A stretch of DNA of 64,000 bases from Chthoniobacterales bacterium. Lineage in GTDB: Bacteria; Verrucomicrobiota; Verrucomicrobiia; Chthoniobacterales; JAATET01. This document shows positions 49,275 to 60,279 of this stretch, piece by piece. Position 1 is the first letter of the stretch; each line of letters opens with the position of its first letter. The DNA is taken from NCBI GenBank assembly GCA_041748215.1, contig JBGTDR010000151.1, forward strand, positions 8,620-72,619. Direction: 5' to 3'. The translations under genes and the position numbers were made by a program. Below the pieces are notes generated by a model, which worked only from the letters and a program-made list of their open reading frames with translations, was not told the origin of the DNA and ran no database searches.

Positions 49275-51791
49275 TCAGTTCTCAATGACGGGCGGCAGGT
49301 TGAAAACAACGCTGTTGCTGTTGATGGTCAGGAAATTGGCAGTAACGCTGCCGGTGAAAACGCTGTTGGCGTTGAAAGTGACACTGCCCGTCGGAATCAC
49401 GAGTTGACCGTACATCGTGCTACCGGAATTGGCAGTGAAATTGCCCGACGAGAATTGCATTTGCAGCCAGTCGGGATTGGCGGAATTGCCAAGGACCGAG
49501 CCGCTGTTGATCGTGATGCTGTTGCCGACGGTGATGACCACCTTGCCGACAATTTTGAGGTCACTGTTGCTGTTCAGCGTCAGGTTATTGAAGCTGTAGT
49601 ATTGCGGGACGTCCGGATTGTTCGGATCTCCAAGCACGAACGCGGTGCCATTGTTGGCGGTAAGGTTGTTAAAATTTCCCGGGTTGAGCCGCACGTCGCC
49701 GACGCCGCTGGAATTGATGGTGACGTTGGAGAACTGGGTGGCGCTGATCGGTCCGGGTGGAGGGGAATTCAGGCTGGTCGAGCCGCTACTCTGCGGAGGG
49801 GGCGGTGGTGCGACTTCCGGGAATGCCGGGGAATCATGCCGCCGGACAACCTTGCCCTCCAGAAGCGCGTTGTTGTTGAAGGTCACGGAATAGTTCGTCG
49901 GCTGGATGCTCCCATCCTCGTCGATCACGCGCGGCGTGGTTTGCACCGTCTTTTGTCCGGCCGCGTTGAACTCCCAACCCTGGATGACGGCTGCAAACTG
50001 GTCGTCGTTGGCCGGAGACCAGACCGTGCCACTGGTGCGGCGAACCGTCGGCGTGCCGGGTAGATACAGGTTGCCGTTGAGAATGCGCGCGTTGGAATTG
50101 AACGTGATGCTATTCATCGAACCCGAAGCTGGCGTCGCGTAAATGAGGGATCCGACAAACGTCCCGTTGAGCGTGGCGCTACCCACGAGTGCACCCTCGG
50201 GTGTGGTGATCGACGTGTAGGTCGCCGTTGCCGGACTACTCGGGGTGAACCATTGGCTCGCTCCCGGCGGCCCGTAAGTACGCGCGGTCACGACAAGAAC
50301 GCCAGCCGTTCCGGCACCGGGCAGGAATTCTCCGGCGTAAAGTGTCCCGCCCGCCGCACTCCCGTTGTTGTCGCCGGGATCAAGACCATCGAGCGTGTAA
50401 TAAATCTGCTCTCCAGTCGGCCCCCCGGCGGCCGCCTCGATGGTCACGGGCACGTCCGCGGACCGGATCCCGGTGCCCGGAACAATGGTGGGTGCTCCCA
50501 GCGCGGTGGGCGTGGCGGCAACCGATGCGTTGCCCTCACCGGCGAGAAACGTGATCGTCTCTGAGCTGGACCCCTCCGCGGATGCCCGGATCGTCAGGGC
50601 GCTGCTGGCTGCCCAGCGGCCAACGCTTACGTCGATGGACGCGGGGGACGGCGAGCTTTGCTCGACCGGAGTATCGCCAGCGAGCGGGTCTCCACCGTCA
50701 TAACGCCACCAGATTTTGGGATCGGGGCGATAACGTTCGTTGATCTGAGCAAGGTTGGTGATCGCCGCAAGGGCCGGGGCTGGAGCCAGCGGTGACACGC
50801 CGGGTATCGCACCGCCCGCCTGCTGATACGTGAGCGTGGGCGCGGCGGGTGATACCGAAACCTCGAGTTGGTAGGGTGTTGCGGCATAACTGGCTGCCCC
50901 GGCGCCACCGTCAATCCAGCGATCAGGATCGACCGTCACGGCGCGGGCGGTGAGCGTGGCCCCCGGATCAACCTCGATGGCATTTGTGTAAAGGTCTTCG
51001 GGAGCGCCGTTGAGCGAATAAAGCACCTTCGAACTGCCGCCCGGATTGGGATTATTGACGGAGACCATCATCGGGTAGGCGGTCAGCTCGTAACTGCCAT
51101 CTCCGGGAGAAAAAGTCGGGGCCGTCAGCGGGTCGGCGGTTGGAGTTGGTGGAGCCAGCGCCGCAGGAGCAGCGGCAGTGCCGGCAAGAGCAGGGCCGCC
51201 GGGGCGCGCCGCAGGCTCTCGATCTGTGTAATCCCAAACCCAGCCGTTGTCCGCGAGCTTTGTGGCTGGCGCGCGATCCTCCGTCCCGGGATCGACCGCG
51301 GCGAGCGCGTCATCGAGCACAAATTGCCGAACACCCGCGCCCCCCGACATCGCAATTTCGAAACGTTGATCCGCCTGGCTGAAGATTGCCCGTTCTTCGG
51401 TGCGCGCCGCTTCGGCAGACGTCTGCATCACCGCCCGCAAACGTTTATCGACCATTCCACCGGTCAGGCCGGCGATGGTCGTGGCCGTCGCCGACGTGGC
51501 GGACTTCTTCAACTGATCGACCGCCGTCTGGGGATTCGTGGTCGCGAGCGAATTCCCACCACTGACCCGGTAAGTCTGGATCGCGGAATTAATGACGGCA
51601 ACATCGCTGCGGAGTTTTTCCACCCGGGTGGATTCGCCCAGCGAAACGATGCTCACGTAGCCAATACTCGCAAGAATGCCGATCACCGCAGCCACCACCA
51701 GACCCTCGAGCAAAGTGAAAGCGCTCCGCTCACCGGCGGAGGCCAGCCGCCTCCGGTGTGTCGAACGATGGACTAAATGCTTCGGCTTCAA
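49275..51791 (-). CDS. Giant prepilin-like protein (~839 aa) with two chitobiase/hexosaminidase-C-like segments and an Asn-rich beta-helix-like C-terminus
   Basis: ...AGERSA|FTLLEGLVVAAVIGILASIGYV class III signal. Also PTFSPGDGSY...KVLYSLNG and GEQIYYTLDGLDP segments, and C-terminal repeats of the type TFNSNA/TINSSG/TLNSNS/TINSGS/TFNANS/TINSNS. The start is uncertain. TTG 51791 was chosen because the 961-aa track ORF would run into the divergent secretin gene. Confidence 0.6.
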   Translation of the reverse strand: MKPKHLVHRSTHRRRLASAGERSAFTLLEGLVVAAVIGILASIGYVSIVSLGESTRVEKLRSDVAVINSAIQTYRVSGGNSLATTNPQTAVDQLKKSATSATATTIAGLTGGMVDKRLRAVMQTSAEAARTEERAIFSQADQRFEIAMSGGAGVRQFVLDDALAAVDPGTEDRAPATKLADNGWVWDYTDREPAARPGGPALAGTAAAPAALAPPTPTADPLTAPTFSPGDGSYELTAYPMMVSVNNPNPGGSSKVLYSLNGAPEDLYTNAIEVDPGATLTARAVTVDPDRWIDGGAGAASYAATPYQLEVSVSPAAPTLTYQQAGGAIPGVSPLAPAPALAAITNLAQINERYRPDPKIWWRYDGGDPLAGDTPVEQSSPSPASIDVSVGRWAASSALTIRASAEGSSSETITFLAGEGNASVAATPTALGAPTIVPGTGIRSADVPVTIEAAAGGPTGEQIYYTLDGLDPGDNNGSAAGGTLYAGEFLPGAGTAGVLVVTARTYGPPGASQWFTPSSPATATYTSITTPEGALVGSATLNGTFVGSLIYATPASGSMNSITFNSNARILNGNLYLPGTPTVRRTSGTVWSPANDDQFAAVIQGWEFNAAGQKTVQTTPRVIDEDGSIQPTNYSVTFNNNALLEGKVVRRHDSPAFPEVAPPPPPQSSGSTSLNSPPPGPISATQFSNVTINSSGVGDVRLNPGNFNNLTANNGTAFVLGDPNNPDVPQYYSFNNLTLNSNSDLKIVGKVVITVGNSITINSGSVLGNSANPDWLQMQFSSGNFTANSGSTMYGQLVIPTGSVTFNANSVFTGSVTANFLTINSNSVVFNLPPVIEN

Positions 51792-52011
51792 TTGGTGAAT
51801 CGGGATCGACCAGGATCGAAAGAGCCGTTGCAGCGCGATTTCACTAGACCAACAGACCTTGCCGCGGACAAGAAAAGACTTTGATTGCAAAGACCTGCAC
51901 GGTAGTGAGTCCGTCAAGCATCGCAGGCGGAGCGAAGCCCCAACTTTCCCATTTCGCGACTTGAGCCTCGAACCAGCCGGCAGCCCCATCCTTCCTTCCG
52001 GCAGTCCCCAC

Positions 52012-54081
52012 GTGCGGCGGCGCGGGGCACGAATTCGAACGATCGGCTTCTGCCTTGCGACCGTTTTTATCCTTACGTCAGCCGGATTTGACACGGGTCC
52101 AGCATCCGCCGTCGAGATGGCGCGCGGGCAATACAGCGAAGAAAGCGCCGAAGCGACCATGCTGCGAAGCGCCCCGGAGAAAGATTACGAGTTTGATCGA
52201 GCGGCACTGCGCGACGTCCTGCGATTTCTGGCCAACGACGCGGGCATTTCGTTCGTCTCGGTTCCGGAAGCCAGCGAAGCGGAGGAAAAACTGGTTACAT
52301 TCACGCTGCGGACCAGCCCATTTCGCGCCCTCGAAATCATCGCCAAAGCCAACGGCGTGGCGCTCTTCTACGAAGATGGCGTGTGGTATTTGCGGCCGTT
52401 CGACGACAAGGAACTCGTCGCCCGCACCTACAAAATCAAATTCAACACGCAGGAGAAGGTCACCTATGACCCCTCGGCGCAGTCGCAAAGTTCCACCGCG
52501 ACCAACACGACTGGAGGATCGGGCACCGGGCCGGACGTGAGTCTATCGCTCGAAGGTGCGACCGACGTTTTTAAGGTTGAAAAAACCGAGGATGGGGACG
52601 GCGACGTGATCGAAATCGTTAAGGACATCCGAGCGCTCATCGGCATCCCGACCAGTGGTTTTGATGCCTCGGTTTTGTCGGACACCGGGGTCGGATCGGA
52701 TCAAGTTCTGGGCACGTCGCCGAGTTCGGTGCGGCCGCGCTCGCCGGACGGTGGAGCCGCCAGCCCCGAAGAGACTGAAGAACCCGCCCAGCAGGTCTTG
52801 TGGAGTTCGGACTCCAATACACTCTACGTCGTCGCGACCCGTCAGCAGCAACGCTGGGTCGAAGGTTATCTCGCCTCCGTCGACCGGCCCCAGGCCCTCA
52901 TCGCGATCGAAGTGAAATTTTTCGAGTCGACCAAGGATCCGCGCAAACAGCTGGGCCTCGACTGGGCCGGCACGCTTCAGGAGGGCTACGGGGTTCAAGT
53001 CACCGACATCAACGTGGCGGCTACCGGCGCAATCAACATCACCAACGACAACACGGCCCAGCGGGCCAGCGGCACACCTCCCGCCGGCCTGGACACGTTC
53101 GATTATTACACTGGAGACCGGAATTACACGGCCACGGTCGCCGCTCCCTACTCCGCCGTTCTTTCGGCCGACAATCTCGCCGTGCGGTTGCGCGCATTTC
53201 TCAATGATCGGGACACGACCACGGTCTCGTATCCGCGCGTACTCACCCGCAACAATCGCGAGGTGGTGATTCGCAGCGTGGTCAATACCCCGGTGCTCGC
53301 TTCGAGTTCCAGCGTCACCCCCGGCGTCGGCGGCACGACCACGGCCAGCATTTCTTATTTACCCATCGGGACCATCATTAACGTGCTTCCGAAAAAAATG
53401 GACGATGGATCCATCGGCTTGAACGTCGCCATCACGATCTCGACAATCATCCGTTTCGAAGACATTGGGGGAAACCTTTATCCCGTGGTGAGTTCACGCG
53501 TTTACAATGCCGCTCTTGATGTCCGGTCCGGCTATTCGCTCGCCATCGGCGGACTGGAAGAAGCATTTGATCGCACCGCCGACAATGGTGTCCCGCTGCT
53601 GAAAGACATCCCACTTCTCGGCGAGCTGTTCAAAAGCTCGGATCGCAACCAGAGCAAAAAAAACCTCATGCTCTTTATTACGCCGACCCTGTTACCCGCC
53701 CGCTCGACAACCGGCGTCGATCCGAAGCCCGAAAGCACGATTCCCGTTACGCCGGATTTGCCCCGCCCCCCTGCTTTCACTCCGGATGGCCAGCTCATTG
53801 GCGGTGCGGCCGCCGTGCCCGCCGCCGTCGTCTGGCTCAACCGCGAGCGGCGATATTATCAGGAGCTGATCAAGGAAAACCGGATCGACAAAAAGGGCCT
53901 CGCGAAAATCGAAGAATTGATCGCGATCTGTAAATTGCTGGCCCAGCAGCTCGAAATCGAGCGGATCGACAACCCCAACCGGTCCTCGCGCATCGACGAT
54001 GAACTCGCGCGTCTCGCCCAGCTCGACCAGGCTCTGCTCGAGCTCCTGAACGACGGACGCAAAGCCATCATCACGTTTTAA
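52012..54081 (+). CDS. Secretin (GspD/PilQ family) with C-terminal coiled-coil-like extension
   Basis: C-domain signature NGVPLLKDIPLLGELFKSSDRNQSKKNLMLFITPTLL. GTG 52012 gives a signal-like N-terminus (VRRRGARIRTIGFCLATVFILTSAG). The start is uncertain. Confidence 0.8.
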   Translation: MRRRGARIRTIGFCLATVFILTSAGFDTGPASAVEMARGQYSEESAEATMLRSAPEKDYEFDRAALRDVLRFLANDAGISFVSVPEASEAEEKLVTFTLRTSPFRALEIIAKANGVALFYEDGVWYLRPFDDKELVARTYKIKFNTQEKVTYDPSAQSQSSTATNTTGGSGTGPDVSLSLEGATDVFKVEKTEDGDGDVIEIVKDIRALIGIPTSGFDASVLSDTGVGSDQVLGTSPSSVRPRSPDGGAASPEETEEPAQQVLWSSDSNTLYVVATRQQQRWVEGYLASVDRPQALIAIEVKFFESTKDPRKQLGLDWAGTLQEGYGVQVTDINVAATGAINITNDNTAQRASGTPPAGLDTFDYYTGDRNYTATVAAPYSAVLSADNLAVRLRAFLNDRDTTTVSYPRVLTRNNREVVIRSVVNTPVLASSSSVTPGVGGTTTASISYLPIGTIINVLPKKMDDGSIGLNVAITISTIIRFEDIGGNLYPVVSSRVYNAALDVRSGYSLAIGGLEEAFDRTADNGVPLLKDIPLLGELFKSSDRNQSKKNLMLFITPTLLPARSTTGVDPKPESTIPVTPDLPRPPAFTPDGQLIGGAAAVPAAVVWLNRERRYYQELIKENRIDKKGLAKIEELIAICKLLAQQLEIERIDNPNRSSRIDDELARLAQLDQALLELLNDGRKAIITF

Positions 54082-54122
54082 GTATCCGCCGGGCGGGTGC
54101 CCGTCGCTTTCTCCAACCAAAC

Positions 54123-54162
54123 AAAAAAGGGGGAGGCGAACAACCGCCTCCCCCGGATTTTT
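54123..54162. terminator. Bidirectional rho-independent terminator between secretin gene and ppdK
   Basis: 10-bp stem gggggaggcg / cgcctccccc (54129-54154) flanked by an A-run (54123-54128) and a T-run (54158-54162). Confidence 0.65.
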
Positions 54163-54179
54163 GTCGAGTTCGCTGACGC

Positions 54180-56951
<2,772 letters not shown>

Positions 56952-57042
56952 GGATGGAGGTAAGTAAAGGGTGCGAGGGGGTTCCTTTGATAGCAGGAGC
57001 ACCGGGTGTGTCAACGCGTGCCGGATTGCCCCGCGACGGACG

Positions 57043-57315
57043 TCACGCGGGCTCAGACTCGGCCAGCGCCGATGTGGCGACTTCGTCGAAAAGGCGGTCG
57101 AAATCCGCCAAACCCGTGCTCGGAATGATGATGGAATTGCGCCGACCATGCGCTTCTTCCGTGATGCGCAGGAACTTCCCGCGTTCGTTTTCGCGATATT
57201 CGATGAAGAAGTGCTTGCGTTCGATCTGCAAGTCACGGGCCATAAGAATGTTGTCCATTCGATTAAATACAGCTTTGCCGCTCGGGTGGCGAATATCGCT
57301 CACCAACCGCTTCAA
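57043..57315 (-). CDS. Small PUR-alpha-like (DUF3276-type) nucleic-acid-binding protein
   Basis: [26 protein letters not shown] matches the PUR repeat pattern. The start is uncertain, with TTG 57315, ATG 57258 and ATG 57243 as candidates. Confidence 0.55.
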   Translation of the reverse strand: MKRLVSDIRHPSGKAVFNRMDNILMARDLQIERKHFFIEYRENERGKFLRITEEAHGRRNSIIIPSTGLADFDRLFDEVATSALAESEPA

Positions 57316-57321
57316 ACAAGA

Positions 57322-59514
57322 TCAAACTATTTTGAAATCCACCTGTTGTTTGAACATGTCCACCCGGGCCACGATCACCTGCACGGTCTGTCCGGCGGCA
57401 TAGGTCTTTTTGGTCTTCCTGCCAACAAATCGGCTGCGGGCGGTGTCGTAGAGGTAAAAATCGTCGTCGAGCGTCGACACGTGAATGAGTCCGGTGAGCA
57501 GAAATTCGGGCAGCTCGACGAGCAAACCAAAATTCCGAACGTCCACGACGCGCGCCTCGAACGACTGCCCCTTGCGCGTCGAGACCTGACGCTGGAAAAA
57601 CTCGAGTTTTTTGAGTTTTGTCGATTCGCGCTCAGCTTCGGCTGCGATGCGCTCGGTGTTGGAAATGTGCTCGGCGGTGGACGTGAGTTCGCCGGATGAC
57701 GGCCCGGACTTCGTGAGACCCAGCTGACGCTCCATTGAACGGTGCACGATCAGATCGGCATAACGCCGGATCGGGCTGGTGAAATGGGCGTAGTCGGGTT
57801 TGGCCAGACCATAATGTCCGAGCGGTTTCGGCGAGTAGGTCGCGCGTTTCAGACTTTTGAGCAGGCCAATCTTGATCGCGTATTCGTATGGCTGGCCTTT
57901 GACAGAAGCGAGCAGGCGCTTGAGGTCTTCGCGACGGGTGAGATCGCCGGCCTTGAGGCCGAACGACAGCGCGACCTCGCGGTATTCGGCAAGTTTTTCG
58001 GGATCCGGGTCTTCGTGAATGCGATAAACCGTCGGCTGGTTGCGCAGCTTGAGTTCGCGCGCGACCACCTCGTTGGCCAGCAGCATCAACTCCTCGACAA
58101 GCTGGTGCGAAATGTCGTTTTCGACTTTTTCCAACCGCACCGGCACGCCCTGCGCATCGAGCCACACCTTGATTTCGGGAAAATCCAAATCGAGCGATCC
58201 GCTCTGGAATCGCAATTTCCGCAACACCGAAGCCAGCTCCCATGCCACGTGAACCCGCGTGCTCACCTCGTCGGTCGGCGGTTTCTGCAACAATGCAAAT
58301 GCCTCTTTGTACGTCAGCCGGGCGGCACTGCGGATCACACTCCGGCCGAACCGCACGCTGTGAATTTTTCCCTGCCGTGTGATTTCGGCAAAAACCGAGA
58401 ACACCAAACGTTCAACGCCGGGTTTCAGACTGCAAATTCCATTACTGAGTGCCTCGGGCAGCATCGGAATCACCCGATCCGCCAGGTAAACGCTGTTGCC
58501 GCGACCCACCGCCTCGCGGTCCAGCGCCGTCCGCGGTCGCACGTAATGGGACACGTCCGCGATGTGGATTGCCGCACTCCAGCCCTTCGTCGTGCGCTGC
58601 ACCTCGATCGCATCGTCAAAATCTTTCGCGTCGTCCGGATCGATCGTGAGAATGAACCGGTTCCTCAGATCTTCGCGGCGTTCGATCTCCCGCGGGTCAA
58701 CGGTCGGACTGATTGCATCCGCCTCCGCCACCACGTCGTCCGGAAATTTTTCTGGCAGGCGGTATTTGCGAATGATCGAAAGAATGTCGACTCCTGGAGC
58801 TCCAGCGCGCCCGAGCAGTTCGATCACCCGACCCTCCGGGTTGACGTGGCGGGACGGCCAGTCCTCCAGTTTCGCCACGACCTTGTCGCCAGGCCGTGCA
58901 CCAATTGCAGCCTCGGGCTCCGGAACGTAAAGGTTGTGCACGAACCGGGGATCGTCGCCGACCACGTAGAAGAAATTTTTCGATTTCTGCAGGGTGCCGA
59001 CCAAAGTTTCGTTGGCTCGCGTCAGGATGCGGATGACGCGGCCTTCCCGTCGGGCGGACGCTCCCGGCCGGGGCGGTCCGGCGGGCGGTTTGCGATCCGT
59101 CCCGATGCGCGCCACCACACGGTCTCCGTGCATCGCGGTCCACGTGTTCTCCGCGCTGATATAAAGGTCCGCTTCCCCCTGCTCTTCGTTCAGGACGTGG
59201 GCGGCACCGCTCGCGTGGAACTGGATGGTCCCGGTAAAGAGGTCCGCTTCCCGCGGGACCACGTAACGATCTTTGCGAATGCGGACGATCTCGCCCGCCG
59301 TTTCCATGGTTTCGAGCAGTTCGCGCAACCGGCGCCGCGCGGATGGTGCCAAGTCCAGGCGTTTGGAGATTTCCACCTTGTCGAGCGGCTGGGAACGAAC
59401 CAACTCGACGATCCGGGAACGCAGGTTCGGAAGGGATGTTCCAGCCCTGCTGCCGGTCTCAGTGGGTGCAGGAGGATTCGACTTCGACCTCCGGGAATTG
59501 CGTGACACCACCAA
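57322..59514 (-). CDS. rnr: Ribonuclease R
   Basis: 730 aa. The RNB domain contains HFTSPIRRYADLIVHR, and the C-terminus is an S1 domain (GQSFEARVVDVRNFGLLVELPE). The start is uncertain within about 6 nt (TTG 59514, GTG 59511/59508). Confidence 0.9.
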   Translation of the reverse strand: MVVSRNSRRSKSNPPAPTETGSRAGTSLPNLRSRIVELVRSQPLDKVEISKRLDLAPSARRRLRELLETMETAGEIVRIRKDRYVVPREADLFTGTIQFHASGAAHVLNEEQGEADLYISAENTWTAMHGDRVVARIGTDRKPPAGPPRPGASARREGRVIRILTRANETLVGTLQKSKNFFYVVGDDPRFVHNLYVPEPEAAIGARPGDKVVAKLEDWPSRHVNPEGRVIELLGRAGAPGVDILSIIRKYRLPEKFPDDVVAEADAISPTVDPREIERREDLRNRFILTIDPDDAKDFDDAIEVQRTTKGWSAAIHIADVSHYVRPRTALDREAVGRGNSVYLADRVIPMLPEALSNGICSLKPGVERLVFSVFAEITRQGKIHSVRFGRSVIRSAARLTYKEAFALLQKPPTDEVSTRVHVAWELASVLRKLRFQSGSLDLDFPEIKVWLDAQGVPVRLEKVENDISHQLVEELMLLANEVVARELKLRNQPTVYRIHEDPDPEKLAEYREVALSFGLKAGDLTRREDLKRLLASVKGQPYEYAIKIGLLKSLKRATYSPKPLGHYGLAKPDYAHFTSPIRRYADLIVHRSMERQLGLTKSGPSSGELTSTAEHISNTERIAAEAERESTKLKKLEFFQRQVSTRKGQSFEARVVDVRNFGLLVELPEFLLTGLIHVSTLDDDFYLYDTARSRFVGRKTKKTYAAGQTVQVIVARVDMFKQQVDFKIV

Positions 59515-59600
59515 AGTGTCCGCAACCGGCCCGGCGTTGACAAGAAAATGCTTGCTTGCTCACTGGGAGCCGCGAAATTCCCCCAATACCTTCTCCCACT

Positions 59601-60134
59601 ATGCCTGCTAGATTCTCCCCATCCCAACGCGCCTTCACCCTCATTGAACTCCTCGTCGTCATCGCAATTATCGCGGTGTTGATGGGTCTTCTTTTCCCTG
59701 CGGTTGGTTCCGTTCAGGAAAATGCCCGCCGAGTGCAGGCGAAAAATGACGCCACGAATATCGCCACTGCGATCAGTGGATATGAGTCGGAATACGGCAA
59801 ACTTCCCGACGTCGGTGGCGGCGGAAATGCCAATAGCTCGGCCCTTTTTGATATTCTTACCGGCACCTCTGCGGGTGAAGAACTGAATCCCCGTCGCATC
59901 GTTTTCCTCGAAGCACCTCGTGCCAAGTCGGGTAAAAATGGCCTGATCGAAGGCGGCGGTCAGTACATGGATTCCTGGGGTCAGCCCTATGAAATCGTGC
60001 TTGACGATGATTACGACAACGAAGTTGACGGCCCTGCTGGCGATACCGTCCGGAAAAAGGTTATCGTTTGGTCGGAAGGCAATCCGAAAAAACTTCGCAA
60101 CAACCAGCCGAACTACGTGAAGTCCTGGGAATAG
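59601..60134 (+). CDS. Orphan GspG-like pseudopilin (prepilin-type N-terminal domain)
   Basis: ATG at 59601: MPARFSPSQRA|FTLIELLVVIAIIAVLMGLLFPAV. MDSWGQPYEIVLD resembles the GspG DPWGxPY motif. Confidence 0.7.
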   Translation: MPARFSPSQRAFTLIELLVVIAIIAVLMGLLFPAVGSVQENARRVQAKNDATNIATAISGYESEYGKLPDVGGGGNANSSALFDILTGTSAGEELNPRRIVFLEAPRAKSGKNGLIEGGGQYMDSWGQPYEIVLDDDYDNEVDGPAGDTVRKKVIVWSEGNPKKLRNNQPNYVKSWE

Positions 60135-60161
60135 TCCCAGGACGTCAGGCGCTAGGGTCAC

Positions 60162-60235
60162 GCGGGTGTAGTTCAATGGTAGAACGGCAGCTTCCCAAGC
60201 TGCATACGAGGGTTCGATTCCCTTCACCCGCTCCC
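60162..60235 (+). tRNA. tRNA-Gly (anticodon CCC)
   Basis: Acceptor stem gcgggtg/cacccgc, anticodon stem gcagc/gctgc with loop ttCCCaa, T-arm gagggttcgattccctt, and an encoded CCA at 60233-60235. Confidence 0.9.
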
Positions 60236-60279
60236 ACGGGTTAGTCCGTCTTGGAACAAAATTGGAGCCTTTCACCTGC

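Noticed and set aside
57742-59505. 587-aa plus-strand ORF
   Set aside because: It is antisense to RNase R. The 404-aa ORF 55734-56948 and the 335-aa ORF 54279-55286 are likewise antisense to ppdK.
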